A stretch of 64,000 bases of DNA from assembly GCA_020248985.1 (NCBI GenBank), contig JADCGL010000039.1, positions 6,645 through 70,644 of the forward strand, in the 5' to 3' direction. The DNA is from Telmatospirillum sp. GTDB lineage: Bacteria; Pseudomonadota; Alphaproteobacteria; CACIAM-22H2. The notes beneath the pieces were generated by a model. The model made no database searches, was not told the origin of the DNA, and was given only the letters and a program-made list of their open reading frames with translations. The position numbers and the translations under genes are program-made. This document shows, piece by piece, positions 47,152 through 58,920 of this stretch. Numbering within the stretch: the first letter of the stretch is position 1; every line of letters starts with the position of its first letter.

Positions 47152-48477
47152 ATGCAAGTCACCGAAACCCTGAACGACGGTCTCAAGCGCAGCTATAAGG
47201 TCATTGTGTCGGCCACCGACATCGCCGCGAAGCTCGAACTCGAGCTCGACGACCTCTCTAAGAAGGTGCGCTTGCCGGGCTTCCGTCCGGGCAAAGCGCC
47301 AAAAGCGGTGCTGAAGCAGCGCTACGGCCAGTCCGTGATGGGCGACGTGCTGCAGCGCGCCGTGCAGGATTCCTCGAACCAGGCGATCCTCGAGCGCGGT
47401 CTCAAGCCCGCCATGCAGCCAAAAATCGAAGTCGTCGATTTCGCGGAGGGCAAAGACCTCGAATATAATCTGTCCGTCGAGGTGCTGCCCGAGATCGTGC
47501 CGGTCGATTTCAAGACGATCGAACTCGAGCGTTTGAAAGCCGAGCCGGGCGAAGGCGAACTTGCCAAAGCGCTCGAAAGCCTCGCGCGCTCGCAAAAGCA
47601 GACAAAGAAGGTCGAAGAAGACCGCGCGGCCAAGAGCGGCGATACGCTCGTGATCGATTTCGAGGGCTTTCTCGACGGCACGCCGTTTCCCGGCGGCAAG
47701 GGCAGCGACCATGCGCTCGAACTCGGCTCTAATCAGTTCGTGGCCGGATTCGAAGATCAACTGATCGGCAAGCGCGTCGGAGACAGCTGCGACGTCAATA
47801 TCGTGTTCCCCGAGCAGTATGTGAACGACAAGCTCGCCGGCAAGCCGGCGACGTTCAAAGTGACCGTCAAGGAACTGCGCGAAGCGGTGCCGCTCGAGCA
47901 GAACGACGAGTTCGCCAAGGGTCTCGGCTTCGAAGATCTCGAAACGCTGAAGAAGGCTGTCAAGGACCAGCTGTCGCGCGAACTCAACCGCCATTCGCGC
48001 GCGCGCATGAAGCGCCAGCTGCTCGACAAGCTCGCCGACGCGCACATCTTCGAAGTGCCCCCCAGCATGGTCGATCTCGAGTTCAACCAGATCTGGGCCC
48101 AGGTCGAAGAAGACCGCAAGCGCGGCGTACAGGACCCCGCCAATGAGGGCAAATCGGACGACGATCTCAAGGCCGAGTACCGCACCATCGCCGAGCGCCG
48201 TGTTCGCTTGGGCCTGCTGCTGGCAGAAGTCGGCCGCGCCAACAACGTCCAGGTCGCGCAAGACGAGGTCAACCGCGCGCTGGGCGAGCAGGCGCGCCGT
48301 TATCCGGGCCAGGAGCGCGAAGTGGTCGACTATTTCCGCAACAACCCCGACGCGCTGGCCCAGCTGCGCGCGCCGATCTTCGAGGACAAGGTCGTCGATT
48401 TCATCGTCGAACTTGCCAAGGTTTCGGACAAAGACGTGTCGGCCGAAGAACTGACCAAGGAAATGGACGCAGCGTAA
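47152..48477 (+). CDS. tig: Trigger factor
   Basis: MQVTET, LPGFRPGKAP, FKBP domain (IDFEG...LGSNQFVAGFEDQLIG), AERRVRLGLLL. Confidence 0.98.
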   Translation: MQVTETLNDGLKRSYKVIVSATDIAAKLELELDDLSKKVRLPGFRPGKAPKAVLKQRYGQSVMGDVLQRAVQDSSNQAILERGLKPAMQPKIEVVDFAEGKDLEYNLSVEVLPEIVPVDFKTIELERLKAEPGEGELAKALESLARSQKQTKKVEEDRAAKSGDTLVIDFEGFLDGTPFPGGKGSDHALELGSNQFVAGFEDQLIGKRVGDSCDVNIVFPEQYVNDKLAGKPATFKVTVKELREAVPLEQNDEFAKGLGFEDLETLKKAVKDQLSRELNRHSRARMKRQLLDKLADAHIFEVPPSMVDLEFNQIWAQVEEDRKRGVQDPANEGKSDDDLKAEYRTIAERRVRLGLLLAEVGRANNVQVAQDEVNRALGEQARRYPGQEREVVDYFRNNPDALAQLRAPIFEDKVVDFIVELAKVSDKDVSAEELTKEMDAA

Positions 48478-48521
48478 GCGTCCGCGCCGAAATAGGGTCA
48501 TTCGAACAAGACGGGCCAACC

Positions 48522-48563
48522 AGACGGCGATGCCCCCAGGCGGGCGTCGCCGTCTTTATTTTT
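48522..48563 (+). terminator. Rho-independent terminator after tig
   Basis: AGACGGCGATGCCC/GGGCGTCGCCGTCT stem followed by TTATTTTT. Confidence 0.8.
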
Positions 48564-48572
48564 GCCGGATCA

Positions 48573-48602
48573 CTTGATCGTGCGCGCCGCCCCAGCCTAG
48601 AT
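48573..48602 (+). promoter_or_regulatory. Putative RpoH/sigma70-type promoter of clpP
   Basis: CTTGAT-N17-CCTAGAT resembles the alphaproteobacterial CTTGAA...CCTATAT consensus. Confidence 0.5.
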
Positions 48603-48654
48603 ATAGGGAGTGGCCCCGCGCCGTTGCGGGCAAAAATCTCCGGAGATCCGACCC

Positions 48655-49287
48655 ATGTCGTTCGACGCCCAGATGAGCACCCTTATCCCGATGGTCGTCG
48701 AACAGACCGCGCGCGGCGAGCGCTCGTTCGACATCTACTCGCGCCTTCTCAAAGAGCGCATCATTTTCATGGTCGGTCCCGTCAATGACGGCGTCTCGAG
48801 CTTGATCTGCGCGCAGCTGCTGTTCCTGGAGAGCGAAAACCCTAAAAAAGACATTTCGCTCTACATCAACTCGCCGGGTGGCGTGGTCACGTCGGGTCTC
48901 GCGATCTACGACACGATGCAATACATCCGTCCCGACGTTGCGACTGTGTGTATCGGTCAAGCCGCGTCGATGGGCTCGCTGCTGATGTGTGCCGGCGCGA
49001 AAGGCAAGCGCTTTTCGCTGCCCAATTCGCGCATCATGGTCCACCAGCCCTCGGGCGGCACGCAAGGCCAAGCCACGGATATCGAGATCCAGGCGCGCGA
49101 AATCCTCAATCTTCGCAAGCGCCTCAACGAAATCTACGTCAAGCACACCGGCCAGCCGGTCGAGGCGATCGAAGCGGCCCTTGAGCGCGACAAGTTCATG
49201 AGCCCGGACGAAGCCAAGACCTTCGGGATCATCGACGAAGTCGTCGTCACGCGCCCGCCGCGCCCTGAAGAGAGCAAAGCCGCCTGA
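48655..49287 (+). CDS. clpP: ATP-dependent Clp protease proteolytic subunit
   Basis: [46 protein letters not shown]. Confidence 0.99.
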   Translation: MSFDAQMSTLIPMVVEQTARGERSFDIYSRLLKERIIFMVGPVNDGVSSLICAQLLFLESENPKKDISLYINSPGGVVTSGLAIYDTMQYIRPDVATVCIGQAASMGSLLMCAGAKGKRFSLPNSRIMVHQPSGGTQGQATDIEIQAREILNLRKRLNEIYVKHTGQPVEAIEAALERDKFMSPDEAKTFGIIDEVVVTRPPRPEESKAA

Positions 49288-49538
49288 AAACGACGTTGCA
49301 GCATACCGTTTGGCACGTTCTTGGCACGGCAAGCCGCTGTGCCCGGGACGTGATCGGGATGCGTGCGACTTGTAACGCTGCTGGCGGAGTTCTATGTTTT
49401 TCGAGGGGGCGGGTCGATTTCCCCCAGCAGCGACGGAATTAGACCGGCGGCTGCGGTTGCCGCAGATGCCGGTGAGGGCTAACATCCAACCATGTCCGGA
49501 TTCCCATGGGGGGAACGACCGGACGGAGCGGTGACGGA

Positions 49539-50807
49539 ATGAACAAGTCCTCGGGCGATTCGAAGAACACGCTTTACTGCTCTTTCTGCGGAAAGAGCCA
49601 GCACGAAGTCCGCAAGCTGATCGCGGGCCCGACCGTGTTCATCTGCGATGAATGCGTCGAACTGTGCATGGACATCATCCGCGAAGAGCACAAGACCACG
49701 CTGGTCAAGTCCCGCGACGGCGTTCCCACGCCCAAAGACATCTGCCAAGTCCTCGACGACTACGTGATCGGCCAGGACCACGCCAAGCGCGTTCTTTCGG
49801 TCGCCGTGCACAACCACTACAAGCGGCTTTCGCACGGCACCAAGGGTGCCGAAGTCGAAATCGCCAAATCGAACATCCTTCTTGTCGGCCCCACCGGCTG
49901 CGGTAAGACGCTGCTGGCCCAGACGTTGGCGCGCATCATCGACGTGCCCTTCACGATGGCCGACGCCACGACGCTCACGGAAGCGGGCTATGTCGGCGAA
50001 GACGTCGAGAACATCATCCTGCGTCTGCTGCAGGCGGCCGATTACAATGTCGAACGCGCGCAGCGCGGCATCGTCTATATCGACGAAGTCGATAAGATCA
50101 GCCGCAAGTCCGAAAACCCGTCGATCACGCGCGACGTGTCGGGCGAGGGCGTGCAGCAGGCCCTGCTGAAAATCATGGAAGGCACTGTCGCCTCCGTGCC
50201 GCCGCAAGGCGGGCGCAAGCATCCGCAGCAGGAGTTCCTGCAGGTCGATACCACGAACATTCTGTTCATCTGCGGCGGCGCTTTTGCCGGCCTCGACAAG
50301 ATCATCGCGGCCCGCTCGCGGGGCACGTCGATCGGTTTCGGCGCCGACGTGCGCGGCCCCGACGAGCGCACGACGGGCCTGATCCTCAAGGACGTCGAGC
50401 CCGAAGATCTGCTGAAATTCGGCCTGATCCCGGAATTCATCGGCCGTCTGCCGGTCGTTGCCACGCTGACCGACCTTTCGGAAGAAGCGCTGGTCGATAT
50501 TCTGCAGAAACCCAAGAACGCGCTGGTCAAGCAGTACCAGCGTCTGTTCGAGATGGAAGGCATCAAGCTCGGCTTCTCCGACGACGCGCTGAAGTCGGTC
50601 GCGCGCAAAGCGATCGCACGCAAAACGGGTGCGCGCGGTTTGCGTTCGATCATGGAAGTGATCCTGCTCGACACGATGTTCGAACTGCCCGGCATGACCG
50701 GCATCGAAGAAGTCGTGATCAACAGCGAGGTCGTCGAGGGTCGGGCCAAACCGCTGCATGTGCATGGCGAGCGAACGCCTGCGGCGCAGGTCGGCACGTC
50801 GGCCTAA
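49539..50807 (+). CDS. clpX: Clp protease ATP-binding subunit ClpX
   Basis: CSFCGK...CDEC zinc finger, [14 protein letters not shown] loop, TGARGLR. Confidence 0.99.
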   Translation: MNKSSGDSKNTLYCSFCGKSQHEVRKLIAGPTVFICDECVELCMDIIREEHKTTLVKSRDGVPTPKDICQVLDDYVIGQDHAKRVLSVAVHNHYKRLSHGTKGAEVEIAKSNILLVGPTGCGKTLLAQTLARIIDVPFTMADATTLTEAGYVGEDVENIILRLLQAADYNVERAQRGIVYIDEVDKISRKSENPSITRDVSGEGVQQALLKIMEGTVASVPPQGGRKHPQQEFLQVDTTNILFICGGAFAGLDKIIAARSRGTSIGFGADVRGPDERTTGLILKDVEPEDLLKFGLIPEFIGRLPVVATLTDLSEEALVDILQKPKNALVKQYQRLFEMEGIKLGFSDDALKSVARKAIARKTGARGLRSIMEVILLDTMFELPGMTGIEEVVINSEVVEGRAKPLHVHGERTPAAQVGTSA

Positions 50808-50952
50808 CGCCGACGTCGGCACTTGACCCAAGGTTTGCCGGCGCCCAATTCCTTGAGGAGAGCCGCGGCGGTGTAGATTTTCGGCGCTGGCGTTCCAGTC
50901 TCATTTAGGTCGGCCGAGTTGATCGGCCGAGCAGCAGGAAAGTCGAACTCGA

Positions 50953-53355
50953 ATGGAATCGAAACGCGGCACGCTCTATCCGGTCCTTCCGCTTCGCGAC
51001 ATTGTCGTTTTCCCGCACATGATCGTCCCGCTCTTCGTGGGCCGCGAGAAATCGGTGCGTGCGCTTGAAGACGTGATGAAGGACGACAAGCAGATCCTGC
51101 TCGTCGCCCAGAAGAACGCGGCGCAAGACGATCCGCAAGCCGGCGACATCTACGAAGTCGGCACGATCGGCACGGTTCTGCAGCTGCTGAAGCTGCCGGA
51201 CGGCACGGTCAAGGTGCTCGTCGAGGGCGGCGCGCGCGCGCGCGTCACGGCGTGGGGCGACAATCCGAGCTTCTTCCAGGCCTATGCCGAGCCGATGCCC
51301 GACCGCGCTGGCACGGCTTCGGAGATGGAAGCGCTTGTGCGCACGGTCGTGAGCCAGTTCGAGCAGTACATCAAGCTCAACCGCAAGATCCCGCCCGAAG
51401 TGCTTGTCTCGGTCAACCAGATCGACGATCCGGGCAAGCTTGCCGACACGGTTGCCTCGCATCTGGCGCTCAAGATTCCGGAAAAGCAGGAGCTGCTCGA
51501 GCTCGATACCGTCGCCCAGCGCCTCGAGAAGATCTACGCTTCGATGGAAGGCGAGATCGGCGTGCTGCAGGTCGAAAAGCGCATCCGCAACCGCGTCAAG
51601 CGGCAGATGGAGAAGACGCAGCGCGAGTACTATCTGAACGAACAGCTGAAGGCGATTCAGAAGGAACTCGGCGAGACCGACGACGGCAAGGACGAAGGTG
51701 CCGAGATCGAGGAGCGCATCAAGAAGACGAAGCTCTCCAAGGAAGCGCGCGACAAGGTCTATGCCGAGCTCAAGAAGCTGAAATCGATGAGCCCGATGTC
51801 GGCCGAAGCCACGGTCGTGCGCAACTATATGGACTGGATCCTGTCGATCCCCTGGAAGAAGCGCACCAAGATCAAGCGCGACGTGAAGCACGCCGGCAAG
51901 GTGCTCGACACCGACCATTACGGGCTCGAGAAGGTCAAGGAACGCATCCTCGAATATCTCGCGGTCCAGGAACGTACGATCAAGATGCGCGGCCCCATCC
52001 TGTGCCTCGTCGGCCCGCCGGGCGTGGGCAAGACGTCGCTGGGCAAGTCGATCGCCAAGGCGACCGGGCGCAATTTCGTGCGCATGTCGCTGGGCGGCGT
52101 GCGCGACGAAGCCGAAATCCGCGGCCATCGGCGCACTTATATTGGCTCGATGCCGGGCAAGATCATCCAGGGCATGAAGAAGGCGAAGTCGTCCAATCCG
52201 CTCTTTCTGCTCGACGAGATCGACAAGCTCGGCTCCGACTGGCGCGGCGATCCGTCGTCGGCTTTGCTCGAGGTGCTCGATCCCGAGCAGAACGCGACCT
52301 TCGCCGACCACTATCTGGAGGTCGATTACGACTTGTCCGACGTGATGTTCGTGACGACAGCGAACACGCTGCGCATGCCGCAGCCGCTGCTCGACCGCAT
52401 GGAGATCATCCGCCTTTCCGGCTACACGGAGGAGGAAAAGATCGAAATCGCGCGCGGCCATCTCATCCCCAAGCAGGAAGAGATGCACGGCCTCAAGAAG
52501 GGCGAGTGGTCGATCACCGACGAAGGCTTGCGCGACCTCGTGCGCTACTACACGCGCGAAGCGGGCGTACGCAATCTCGAGCGCGAAATTGCAGGCCTCA
52601 CGCGTAAAGCCGTCAAGGCGATCCTCGTCGAAGGCCTCAAGAAAGTGCAGGTCACGCCGAAAAATCTTGAAAAATACGCCGGCGTGCGCAAGTTCCGTTG
52701 GGGCGAGATCGACGGCGACGACATGGTGGGCCACGTCAACGGCCTGGCGTGGACGGAAGTCGGCGGCGAAGTGCTGTCGATCGAAGCCGTCATGTCGCCC
52801 GGCAAAGGCAAGATGACGATCACCGGCAAGCTTGGCGATGTGATGCAGGAGTCGATCCAGGCGGCACACGCTTACGTGCGCAGCCGGGCCGCGAGCCTAG
52901 GCATCAAACCGCCGATGTTCGAGCGGCGCGACATCCATGTGCACGTGCCGGAAGGCGCCACGCCCAAAGACGGTCCGTCGGCCGGTGTGGGCATGGCGAC
53001 CGCGATCGTGTCGGTGCTGACCGGCATTCCGGTTCGTCGCGACGTGGCGATGACGGGCGAGATCACGCTGCGCGGCCGGGTACTGCCGATCGGCGGCCTC
53101 AAAGAGAAGCTGCTTGCCGCGTTGCACGCGGGCATCAAGACGGTTCTGATCCCGAAGGACAACGAAAAGGATCTGGCGGAGATTCCGGAGAACGCCAAGA
53201 AGGCGCTCGAAATCGTATCTGTCTCGACGGTCGACGAGGTGCTGGCGCGCGCATTGACGCGCGTTCCGCAGGCGATCGAATGGATCGAGCCCGAGATCGA
53301 AAACGTGCCGACTAAAAAGGCCGAGGGCGACGCGACGGGGCTCGTCACGCACTGA
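50953..53355 (+). CDS. lon: Lon protease
   Basis: [47 protein letters not shown]. Confidence 0.99.
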   Translation: MESKRGTLYPVLPLRDIVVFPHMIVPLFVGREKSVRALEDVMKDDKQILLVAQKNAAQDDPQAGDIYEVGTIGTVLQLLKLPDGTVKVLVEGGARARVTAWGDNPSFFQAYAEPMPDRAGTASEMEALVRTVVSQFEQYIKLNRKIPPEVLVSVNQIDDPGKLADTVASHLALKIPEKQELLELDTVAQRLEKIYASMEGEIGVLQVEKRIRNRVKRQMEKTQREYYLNEQLKAIQKELGETDDGKDEGAEIEERIKKTKLSKEARDKVYAELKKLKSMSPMSAEATVVRNYMDWILSIPWKKRTKIKRDVKHAGKVLDTDHYGLEKVKERILEYLAVQERTIKMRGPILCLVGPPGVGKTSLGKSIAKATGRNFVRMSLGGVRDEAEIRGHRRTYIGSMPGKIIQGMKKAKSSNPLFLLDEIDKLGSDWRGDPSSALLEVLDPEQNATFADHYLEVDYDLSDVMFVTTANTLRMPQPLLDRMEIIRLSGYTEEEKIEIARGHLIPKQEEMHGLKKGEWSITDEGLRDLVRYYTREAGVRNLEREIAGLTRKAVKAILVEGLKKVQVTPKNLEKYAGVRKFRWGEIDGDDMVGHVNGLAWTEVGGEVLSIEAVMSPGKGKMTITGKLGDVMQESIQAAHAYVRSRAASLGIKPPMFERRDIHVHVPEGATPKDGPSAGVGMATAIVSVLTGIPVRRDVAMTGEITLRGRVLPIGGLKEKLLAALHAGIKTVLIPKDNEKDLAEIPENAKKALEIVSVSTVDEVLARALTRVPQAIEWIEPEIENVPTKKAEGDATGLVTH

Positions 53356-53384
53356 GCGTTTTGCGCATGCGAGATGCGCTCAAA

Positions 53385-53440
53385 AAGGGCCGTCGATGAA
53401 AACGAAATTCGTTTTCGTCGGCGGCCCTTCGCGTTTTTTG
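53385..53440 (+). terminator. Long hairpin/terminator after lon
   Basis: AAGGGCCGTCGATGAAAACG/CGTTTTCGTCGGCGGCCCTT ~20-bp stem with G-U pairs, then CGCGTTTTTT. Confidence 0.65.
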
Positions 53441-53574
53441 TCAAGCCGGAAAAATTGTGGATACTCCGATGCGTGCGATTGACGGGGCGGCTTCAAACAC
53501 CTAGAACCGGCCTCTCTCGCGCGCGACTTTGCGTGCCGTTTAGATCGATCCACCCCGCGGAGTGCGCTTCGCCC

Positions 53575-53847
53575 GTGAACAAACATGATCTTATTGCCGC
53601 CGTTGCGGCGAAAACCGAACTGTCGAAAGACCAGGCGGCCCAAGCGCTCGACGCGGCTCTCGAGACGATCGCCCGCCAGCTTCGCAAGGGCGAAGACGTC
53701 AAGCTGTTCGGTTTCGGCACGTTCTACGTTGCCCAGCGCAAGGCGAGTGCGGGTCGCAATCCGCGCACGGGCGAAACGATCAAACTCAAGGCCAGCCGTT
53801 GCCCGAAATTCAAGGCTGGAAAATTTCTGCGCGATGGGTTGAATTGA
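53575..53847 (+). CDS. hupB: DNA-binding protein HU
   Basis: GTG start, 90 aa, NKHDLI...GFGTF...GRNPRTGETI...PKFKAGK; syntenic after lon. Confidence 0.92.
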   Translation: MNKHDLIAAVAAKTELSKDQAAQALDAALETIARQLRKGEDVKLFGFGTFYVAQRKASAGRNPRTGETIKLKASRCPKFKAGKFLRDGLN

Positions 53848-53858
53848 GGCCTTGCTTC

Positions 53859-53933
53859 GGGCGGTTAGCTCAGCGGTAGAGCGCCTCGTTTACACCGAGA
53901 ATGTCGGGGGTTCGATCCCCTCACCGCCCACCA
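53859..53933 (+). tRNA. tRNA-Val (TAC)
   Basis: GGGCGGT acceptor stem, TAGCTCAGCGGTAGAGC D arm, TAC anticodon, GGTTCGATCCC, CCA. Confidence 0.96.
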
Positions 53934-53964
53934 GTCTTTTTCGTTTCATTGCTAAGGTTGCGCC

Positions 53965-55080
53965 ATGAAGATCGACGGCACGCCCTATCGCACGATCTGG
54001 CCGGCCGCCGACGGCCTTGCCGTCGAGGTCATCGACCAAACGCAGCTGCCGCATCGTTTCGTGGTCCAGCGCTGGACCGATCTTGCCGCTGCGGCCGACG
54101 CCATCAAGACCATGGTCGTGCGGGGGGCTCCGTTGATCGGCGCCGCCGCCGCCTACGGCATGGCGCTTGGATTGCGCGCAGATCCGTCCGATCGCGGGCT
54201 GCAGCATGCCTACGACACGCTCGTCGTCACGCGGCCGACGGCGATCAATCTGCGCTGGGCGCTCGACCGCACGCGCGCGGCCCTCGCCCCCATCGACGCG
54301 GCCGCGCGCGCCGTTGCCGCGTGGCGGCTTGCGGCCGAAATCTGCGACGAGGACGTCGCGATCAACGAAGCCATCGGGCGCAACGGTTTGGCAGCCATTC
54401 GAGAGGCTGCCGAGCGCAAAGCCAAAGTGGGCGGGAAGGGGCCCGTCAATATTCTGACCCATTGCAATGCCGGCTGGCTTGCGACGGTCGATTGGGGGAC
54501 GGCGATCGCTCCCATCTACATGGCGCACGATGCCGGCATCGACGTGCATGTGTGGGTCGACGAGACGCGGCCGCGCAACCAGGGTGCGTCGCTCACCGCC
54601 TGGGAACTTGGCCGCCATGGCGTGCCCCACCATATCGTGGCCGACAATGCCGGCGGGCATTTGATGCAGCACGGGCTTGTGGACCTTTGCATCGTCGGCA
54701 CCGACCGTGTGACCGCGCGCGGCGACGTGTGCAACAAGATCGGCACCTATCTGAAGGCGCTTGCTGCCTTCGACAACGGCGTGCCGTTCTATGTTGCTCT
54801 GCCGAGCCCGACGATCGACTGGACCGTTTCGGACGGGGTCAAGGAGATCCCGATCGAGCAGCGCAGCCCGCTCGAGGTCACGCGAATGGCGGGGCGCCTT
54901 GCCGACGGCAGCGTGGTAGAGGTCGATATCGCGGCCCCCGGCAGCCCGGCGCGCAACGACGCCTTCGACGTAACCCCAGCGCGGTTGGTCACTGGCCTTA
55001 TTACAGAGCGGGGGATTTGCGCCGCCAGCCCGACGGGCTTGGCCGGACTTTTCCCGGGCCGCGCTTCGCTAGTCGCTTGA
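53965..55080 (+). CDS. mtnA: S-methyl-5-thioribose-1-phosphate isomerase
   Basis: [56 protein letters not shown]. Confidence 0.96.
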   Translation: MKIDGTPYRTIWPAADGLAVEVIDQTQLPHRFVVQRWTDLAAAADAIKTMVVRGAPLIGAAAAYGMALGLRADPSDRGLQHAYDTLVVTRPTAINLRWALDRTRAALAPIDAAARAVAAWRLAAEICDEDVAINEAIGRNGLAAIREAAERKAKVGGKGPVNILTHCNAGWLATVDWGTAIAPIYMAHDAGIDVHVWVDETRPRNQGASLTAWELGRHGVPHHIVADNAGGHLMQHGLVDLCIVGTDRVTARGDVCNKIGTYLKALAAFDNGVPFYVALPSPTIDWTVSDGVKEIPIEQRSPLEVTRMAGRLADGSVVEVDIAAPGSPARNDAFDVTPARLVTGLITERGICAASPTGLAGLFPGRASLVA

Positions 55081-55132
55081 CGCGCCTAGTTCGGCCCGGT
55101 ACAAACCGCGGACTTTCGAGCCAAGTCCCCGC

Positions 55133-55209
<77 letters not shown>

Positions 55210-55239
55210 CTTGGCCGAAAGCTCCGATATTCACCATGC

Positions 55240-55274
55240 AAAGCCTGCCATTTCCCAATGGCAGGCTTTTCTTG
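55240..55274 (+). terminator. Terminator after tRNA-Asp
   Basis: AAAGCCTGCCATT-TCCC-AATGGCAGGCTTT perfect 13-bp stem followed by TCTTG. Confidence 0.75.
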
Positions 55275-55450
55275 TTGCGGTGCAGCAACATCATTCGTTG
55301 CAATTTTGACAGCGCGGTGCCTGGTTCTGTTAAGGTTCGGATTGCGGCTCCTTAAATCGTGGCAAAAATCGGCGCTTTGGCCTATAGGAGAAAGACTTAT
55401 CGGATTCGAGCCAGGGGGTCTGGCGGACGGCGCTGGAGTTTGGGGATCCA

Positions 55451-55825
55451 ATGGACGCACATGCGGCATTGCTGCGCGAATATCTGCCGATTCTCATGTT
55501 CTTGGGATTGGCCATTGTCTTGTCGATTTTAATGGTCGCCGCGTCACTGATCATCGCGCGCCAGAAACCGGATACTGAAAAATTGTCCGCATACGAATGC
55601 GGCTTCGAAGCCTTCGACGATGCACGCCGCAAGTTCGACGTGCGCTTCTACCTCGTCGCGATCCTGTTCATCATTTTCGACCTCGAAGTCGCGTTCCTGT
55701 TCCCGTGGGCGGTATCCCTGGGCGAGATCGGCATGTTCGGATTCTGGTCGATGGTCGCCTTCCTGGGCGTACTGACGATCGGCTTTGTGTACGAGTGGAA
55801 AAAGGGAGCTCTCGAATGGGAGTGA
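55451..55825 (+). CDS. nuoA: NADH-quinone oxidoreductase subunit A
   Basis: [35 protein letters not shown]. Confidence 0.98.
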   Translation: MDAHAALLREYLPILMFLGLAIVLSILMVAASLIIARQKPDTEKLSAYECGFEAFDDARRKFDVRFYLVAILFIIFDLEVAFLFPWAVSLGEIGMFGFWSMVAFLGVLTIGFVYEWKKGALEWE

Positions 55826-56361
55826 TCGAAGCGCATGGTGCGGGGCCCCTGCCGCCCGGCCCTGCGCAAGATGCGCTGTTGAAGGCAGCCGTCGATGACA
55901 TCCAGGAAAAAGGTTTTGTCGTGGCGCAGCTCGACAAACTCGTCGGCTGGGCGCGCACCGGCTCGCTGTGGCCGATGACCTTCGGGCTCGCTTGCTGTGC
56001 GGTCGAAATGATGCACACGGCCGCAAGCCGTTACGATCTTGACCGTTTCGGCATGGTCTTCCGCCCGAGCCCGCGCCAGTCCGACGTTATGATCGTGGCC
56101 GGCACGCTCACCAATAAAATGGCGCCCGCTTTGCGCAAGGTCTACGACCAGATGGCGGAGCCTCGCTGGGTGCTGTCGATGGGCAGCTGCGCCAATGGCG
56201 GCGGCTACTACCATTACAGCTACTCGGTTGTGCGCGGCTGCGACCGCATCGTGCCGGTCGATATCTATGTGCCGGGCTGCCCGCCGACGGCCGAAGCCCT
56301 GCTCTACGGAATCATCCAACTGCAGAAGAAGATCAAGCGCACCACCACGATCCTGCGCTGA
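55816..56361 (+). CDS. nuoB: NADH-quinone oxidoreductase subunit B
   Basis: [28 protein letters not shown]; ATG 55816. Confidence 0.98.
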   Translation: MGVIEAHGAGPLPPGPAQDALLKAAVDDIQEKGFVVAQLDKLVGWARTGSLWPMTFGLACCAVEMMHTAASRYDLDRFGMVFRPSPRQSDVMIVAGTLTNKMAPALRKVYDQMAEPRWVLSMGSCANGGGYYHYSYSVVRGCDRIVPVDIYVPGCPPTAEALLYGIIQLQKKIKRTTTILR

Positions 56362-56381
56362 AGGGACAGACGGTTCGCAAC

Positions 56382-57065
56382 ATGGCTGCGTATCTCGATC
56401 CATCGCTCGCCGCCCTTGGCGACAAGATCAAAGCCGATCTCGGCGCCGACATTTTGGCGGTCGAAATCGAAAAGGGCGAATTGTGCGCGACCGTGGCGCG
56501 CGCATCGATCCTGCCCGTGCTCGCCTATCTGCGCGACGCTGCGGACTGCAAATTCGCCGCCCTCATGGATCTGTGCGGCGTCGATTGGCCCGAGCGCATC
56601 GAGCGTTTCGACGTTGTCTACAATCTCCTGTCGATGCGCCACAACCGGCGTATCCGCGTGAAGATCAGCACCGACGAAAACACGCCGGTCGAATCGGCCG
56701 TGGGTCTGTTCCCGTCGGCCGGCTGGTTCGAGCGCGAAGCCTGGGACCTTTACGGCATCTATTTCGCCAACCATCCCGATCTGCGCCGCCTGCTCACCGA
56801 TTATGGTTTCGAAGGCCATCCGCTGCGCAAAGATTTTCCGTTAACGGGCTATGTGGAAGTGCGCTACGACGCGGCCGAGCAGCGCGTGGTCTACGAGCCC
56901 GTGAAGCTCACGCAGGATTTCCGCTCGTTCGATTTCCTGTCGCCGTGGGAAGGTCTCGGTCTGGCGCAGCTCGGCAAATTGCCGGGCGACGAAAAAGCGG
57001 CCGCACCTGCTGCATCCGCACCGGCGCCCGCCGCTCCGGCCCCCGCAGCTCCGGCAAAGGCATAG
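56382..57065 (+). CDS. nuoC: NADH-quinone oxidoreductase subunit C
   Basis: [30 protein letters not shown]; Ala/Pro-rich tail. Confidence 0.98.
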   Translation: MAAYLDPSLAALGDKIKADLGADILAVEIEKGELCATVARASILPVLAYLRDAADCKFAALMDLCGVDWPERIERFDVVYNLLSMRHNRRIRVKISTDENTPVESAVGLFPSAGWFEREAWDLYGIYFANHPDLRRLLTDYGFEGHPLRKDFPLTGYVEVRYDAAEQRVVYEPVKLTQDFRSFDFLSPWEGLGLAQLGKLPGDEKAAAPAASAPAPAAPAPAAPAKA

Positions 57066-57070
57066 ACGCC

Positions 57071-58291
57071 ATGGCTGAACCCATACTTGCCGCACCTGCC
57101 GGCGAACAGACGCCCGGCCAAGTTCGTATCAAGAACTATTCGCTGAATTTCGGGCCGCAGCATCCGGCCGCACACGGCGTGCTGCGCCTCGTGCTCGAGC
57201 TCGATGGCGAAGTGATCGAGCGCGCCGATCCGCATATCGGGCTCTTGCATCGCGGCACCGAGAAGCTGATCGAGTACAAGACGTACCTGCAGGCCGTGCC
57301 CTATTTCGACCGGCTCGACTACGTGTCGCCGATGAACCAGGAGCATGCCTACGCGCTCGCGGTCGAAAAGCTGCTTGGCATCGAAGCACCGCCGCGCGCG
57401 CAATATATCCGCGTGCTCTATGCCGAGATCGGCCGCATCCTCAACCACATCCTGAACGTCACGACCTTCGCCCTCGACGTCGGCGCCATGACCCCGCTGC
57501 TGTGGGGCTTCGAAGAGCGCGAAACGCTGATGGAGTTCTACGAGCGTGTGTGCGGTGCGCGTCTGCACGCGGCCTATTTCCGGCCGGGTGGCGTCAGCCA
57601 GGATCTGCCGCCGGGCTTGGCCGAAGACATGCTCAAATTCATCGCGCACTTCCCCAAAGTGCTCGACGACATCGAAAGCCTGCTCACCGAGAACCGCATC
57701 TTCAAGCAGCGCACGGTCGATATCGGCGTGGTGTCGAAGGCCGATGCTTTGGCCTGGGGCTTTTCGGGGCCGATGGTGCGCGGCTCGGGCATTCCGTGGG
57801 ATCTGCGCAAGGCGCAGCCCTACGACGCCTACGAGGCGATGGAATTTGACGTGCCGATCGGTAAGAACGGCGACTGCTACGACCGCTATCTCGTGCGCAT
57901 GGACGAAATGCGCCAGTCGCTGCGCATCATGAAGCAGGCGATCGAGAAGATGCCGGGCGGGCCGGTCAAGACCGACGACCGCAAAGTGGCTCCGCCGCCG
58001 CGCGCGGACATGAAGCGCTCGATGGAAGCGCTCATCCACCATTTCAAGCTCTACACCGAAGGCTACCGGGTGCCGGCGGGCGAGACCTACACGGCCGTCG
58101 AAGCGCCCAAGGGCGAGTTCGGCGTGTATCTGGTTTCGGACGGCACGAACCGGCCCTACCGCTGCAAGATCCGCGCGCCGGGTTTTGCGTTTCTGCAGGC
58201 GATGGATTTCCTCGCCAAGGGCCACATGCTGGCCGACGTCGTCGCGATTATCGGATCGCTCGACATTGTTTTCGGAGAGATCGACCGATGA
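57071..58291 (+). CDS. nuoD: NADH-quinone oxidoreductase subunit D
   Basis: [37 protein letters not shown]. Confidence 0.98.
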   Translation: MAEPILAAPAGEQTPGQVRIKNYSLNFGPQHPAAHGVLRLVLELDGEVIERADPHIGLLHRGTEKLIEYKTYLQAVPYFDRLDYVSPMNQEHAYALAVEKLLGIEAPPRAQYIRVLYAEIGRILNHILNVTTFALDVGAMTPLLWGFEERETLMEFYERVCGARLHAAYFRPGGVSQDLPPGLAEDMLKFIAHFPKVLDDIESLLTENRIFKQRTVDIGVVSKADALAWGFSGPMVRGSGIPWDLRKAQPYDAYEAMEFDVPIGKNGDCYDRYLVRMDEMRQSLRIMKQAIEKMPGGPVKTDDRKVAPPPRADMKRSMEALIHHFKLYTEGYRVPAGETYTAVEAPKGEFGVYLVSDGTNRPYRCKIRAPGFAFLQAMDFLAKGHMLADVVAIIGSLDIVFGEIDR

Positions 58292-58920
58292 GTGGCGGCA
58301 CTGCCCACGCCGAACAGCCTGCGACCTTCGCTTTCACGCCCGAGAACCTCGCCTGGGCGCAGAAGGTCATCGCCAAATATCCGCAAGGCCGCCAGGCGAG
58401 TGCCGTGTTGCCGCTGCTCGACCGCGCCCAGCGCCAGCATCGCAATTGGCTGCCGCGCGCGGCCATGGACTATGTGGCGGGCTTGCTCGACATGGCGCCG
58501 ATCCGCGTCTACGAGGTCGCGACCTTCTATTCGATGTTCAATCTTGCACCCGTCGGCGAATGGTTCCTGCAGGTCTGCACGACCACGCCGTGTTGGCTGC
58601 GCGGCTCGGACGAGGTGATGAAGGCTTGCGAGCGCAAGCTGCATGTGAAGGCGACGGGCGATGCGAGTTTTCTGCATTCGGCCGACGGCAAATTCACCGT
58701 GCGCGAAGTCGAGTGCCTGGGCGCTTGCGTCAATGCACCGGTTATCCAGGTCAACGACGATTTCTACGAAGATCTCGACGGCGCTTCGACCGAAAAGCTG
58801 ATCGATGCTTTGGCAGCCGGCAATCCGCCGCCCAAGGGCTCGATGGCCGGGCGCCAAGTGTCGATGCCGGCGGGCGGGCGCACGAGCCTGTTCCCGGTCC
58901 CTGCAAGCGGAGCCGAATGA
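58288..58920 (+). CDS. nuoE: NADH-quinone oxidoreductase subunit E
   Basis: [25 protein letters not shown]. Confidence 0.97.
   Translation: MSGGTAHAEQPATFAFTPENLAWAQKVIAKYPQGRQASAVLPLLDRAQRQHRNWLPRAAMDYVAGLLDMAPIRVYEVATFYSMFNLAPVGEWFLQVCTTTPCWLRGSDEVMKACERKLHVKATGDASFLHSADGKFTVREVECLGACVNAPVIQVNDDFYEDLDGASTEKLIDALAAGNPPPKGSMAGRQVSMPAGGRTSLFPVPASGAE

Noticed and set aside
53456-53464. DnaA-like box TGTGGATAC upstream of HU
   Set aside because: One mismatch and single copy; not distinguishable from chance.
56995-57062. Ala/Pro-rich repeat at the NuoC C-terminus
   Set aside because: Ordinary low-complexity tail, not a repeat array.
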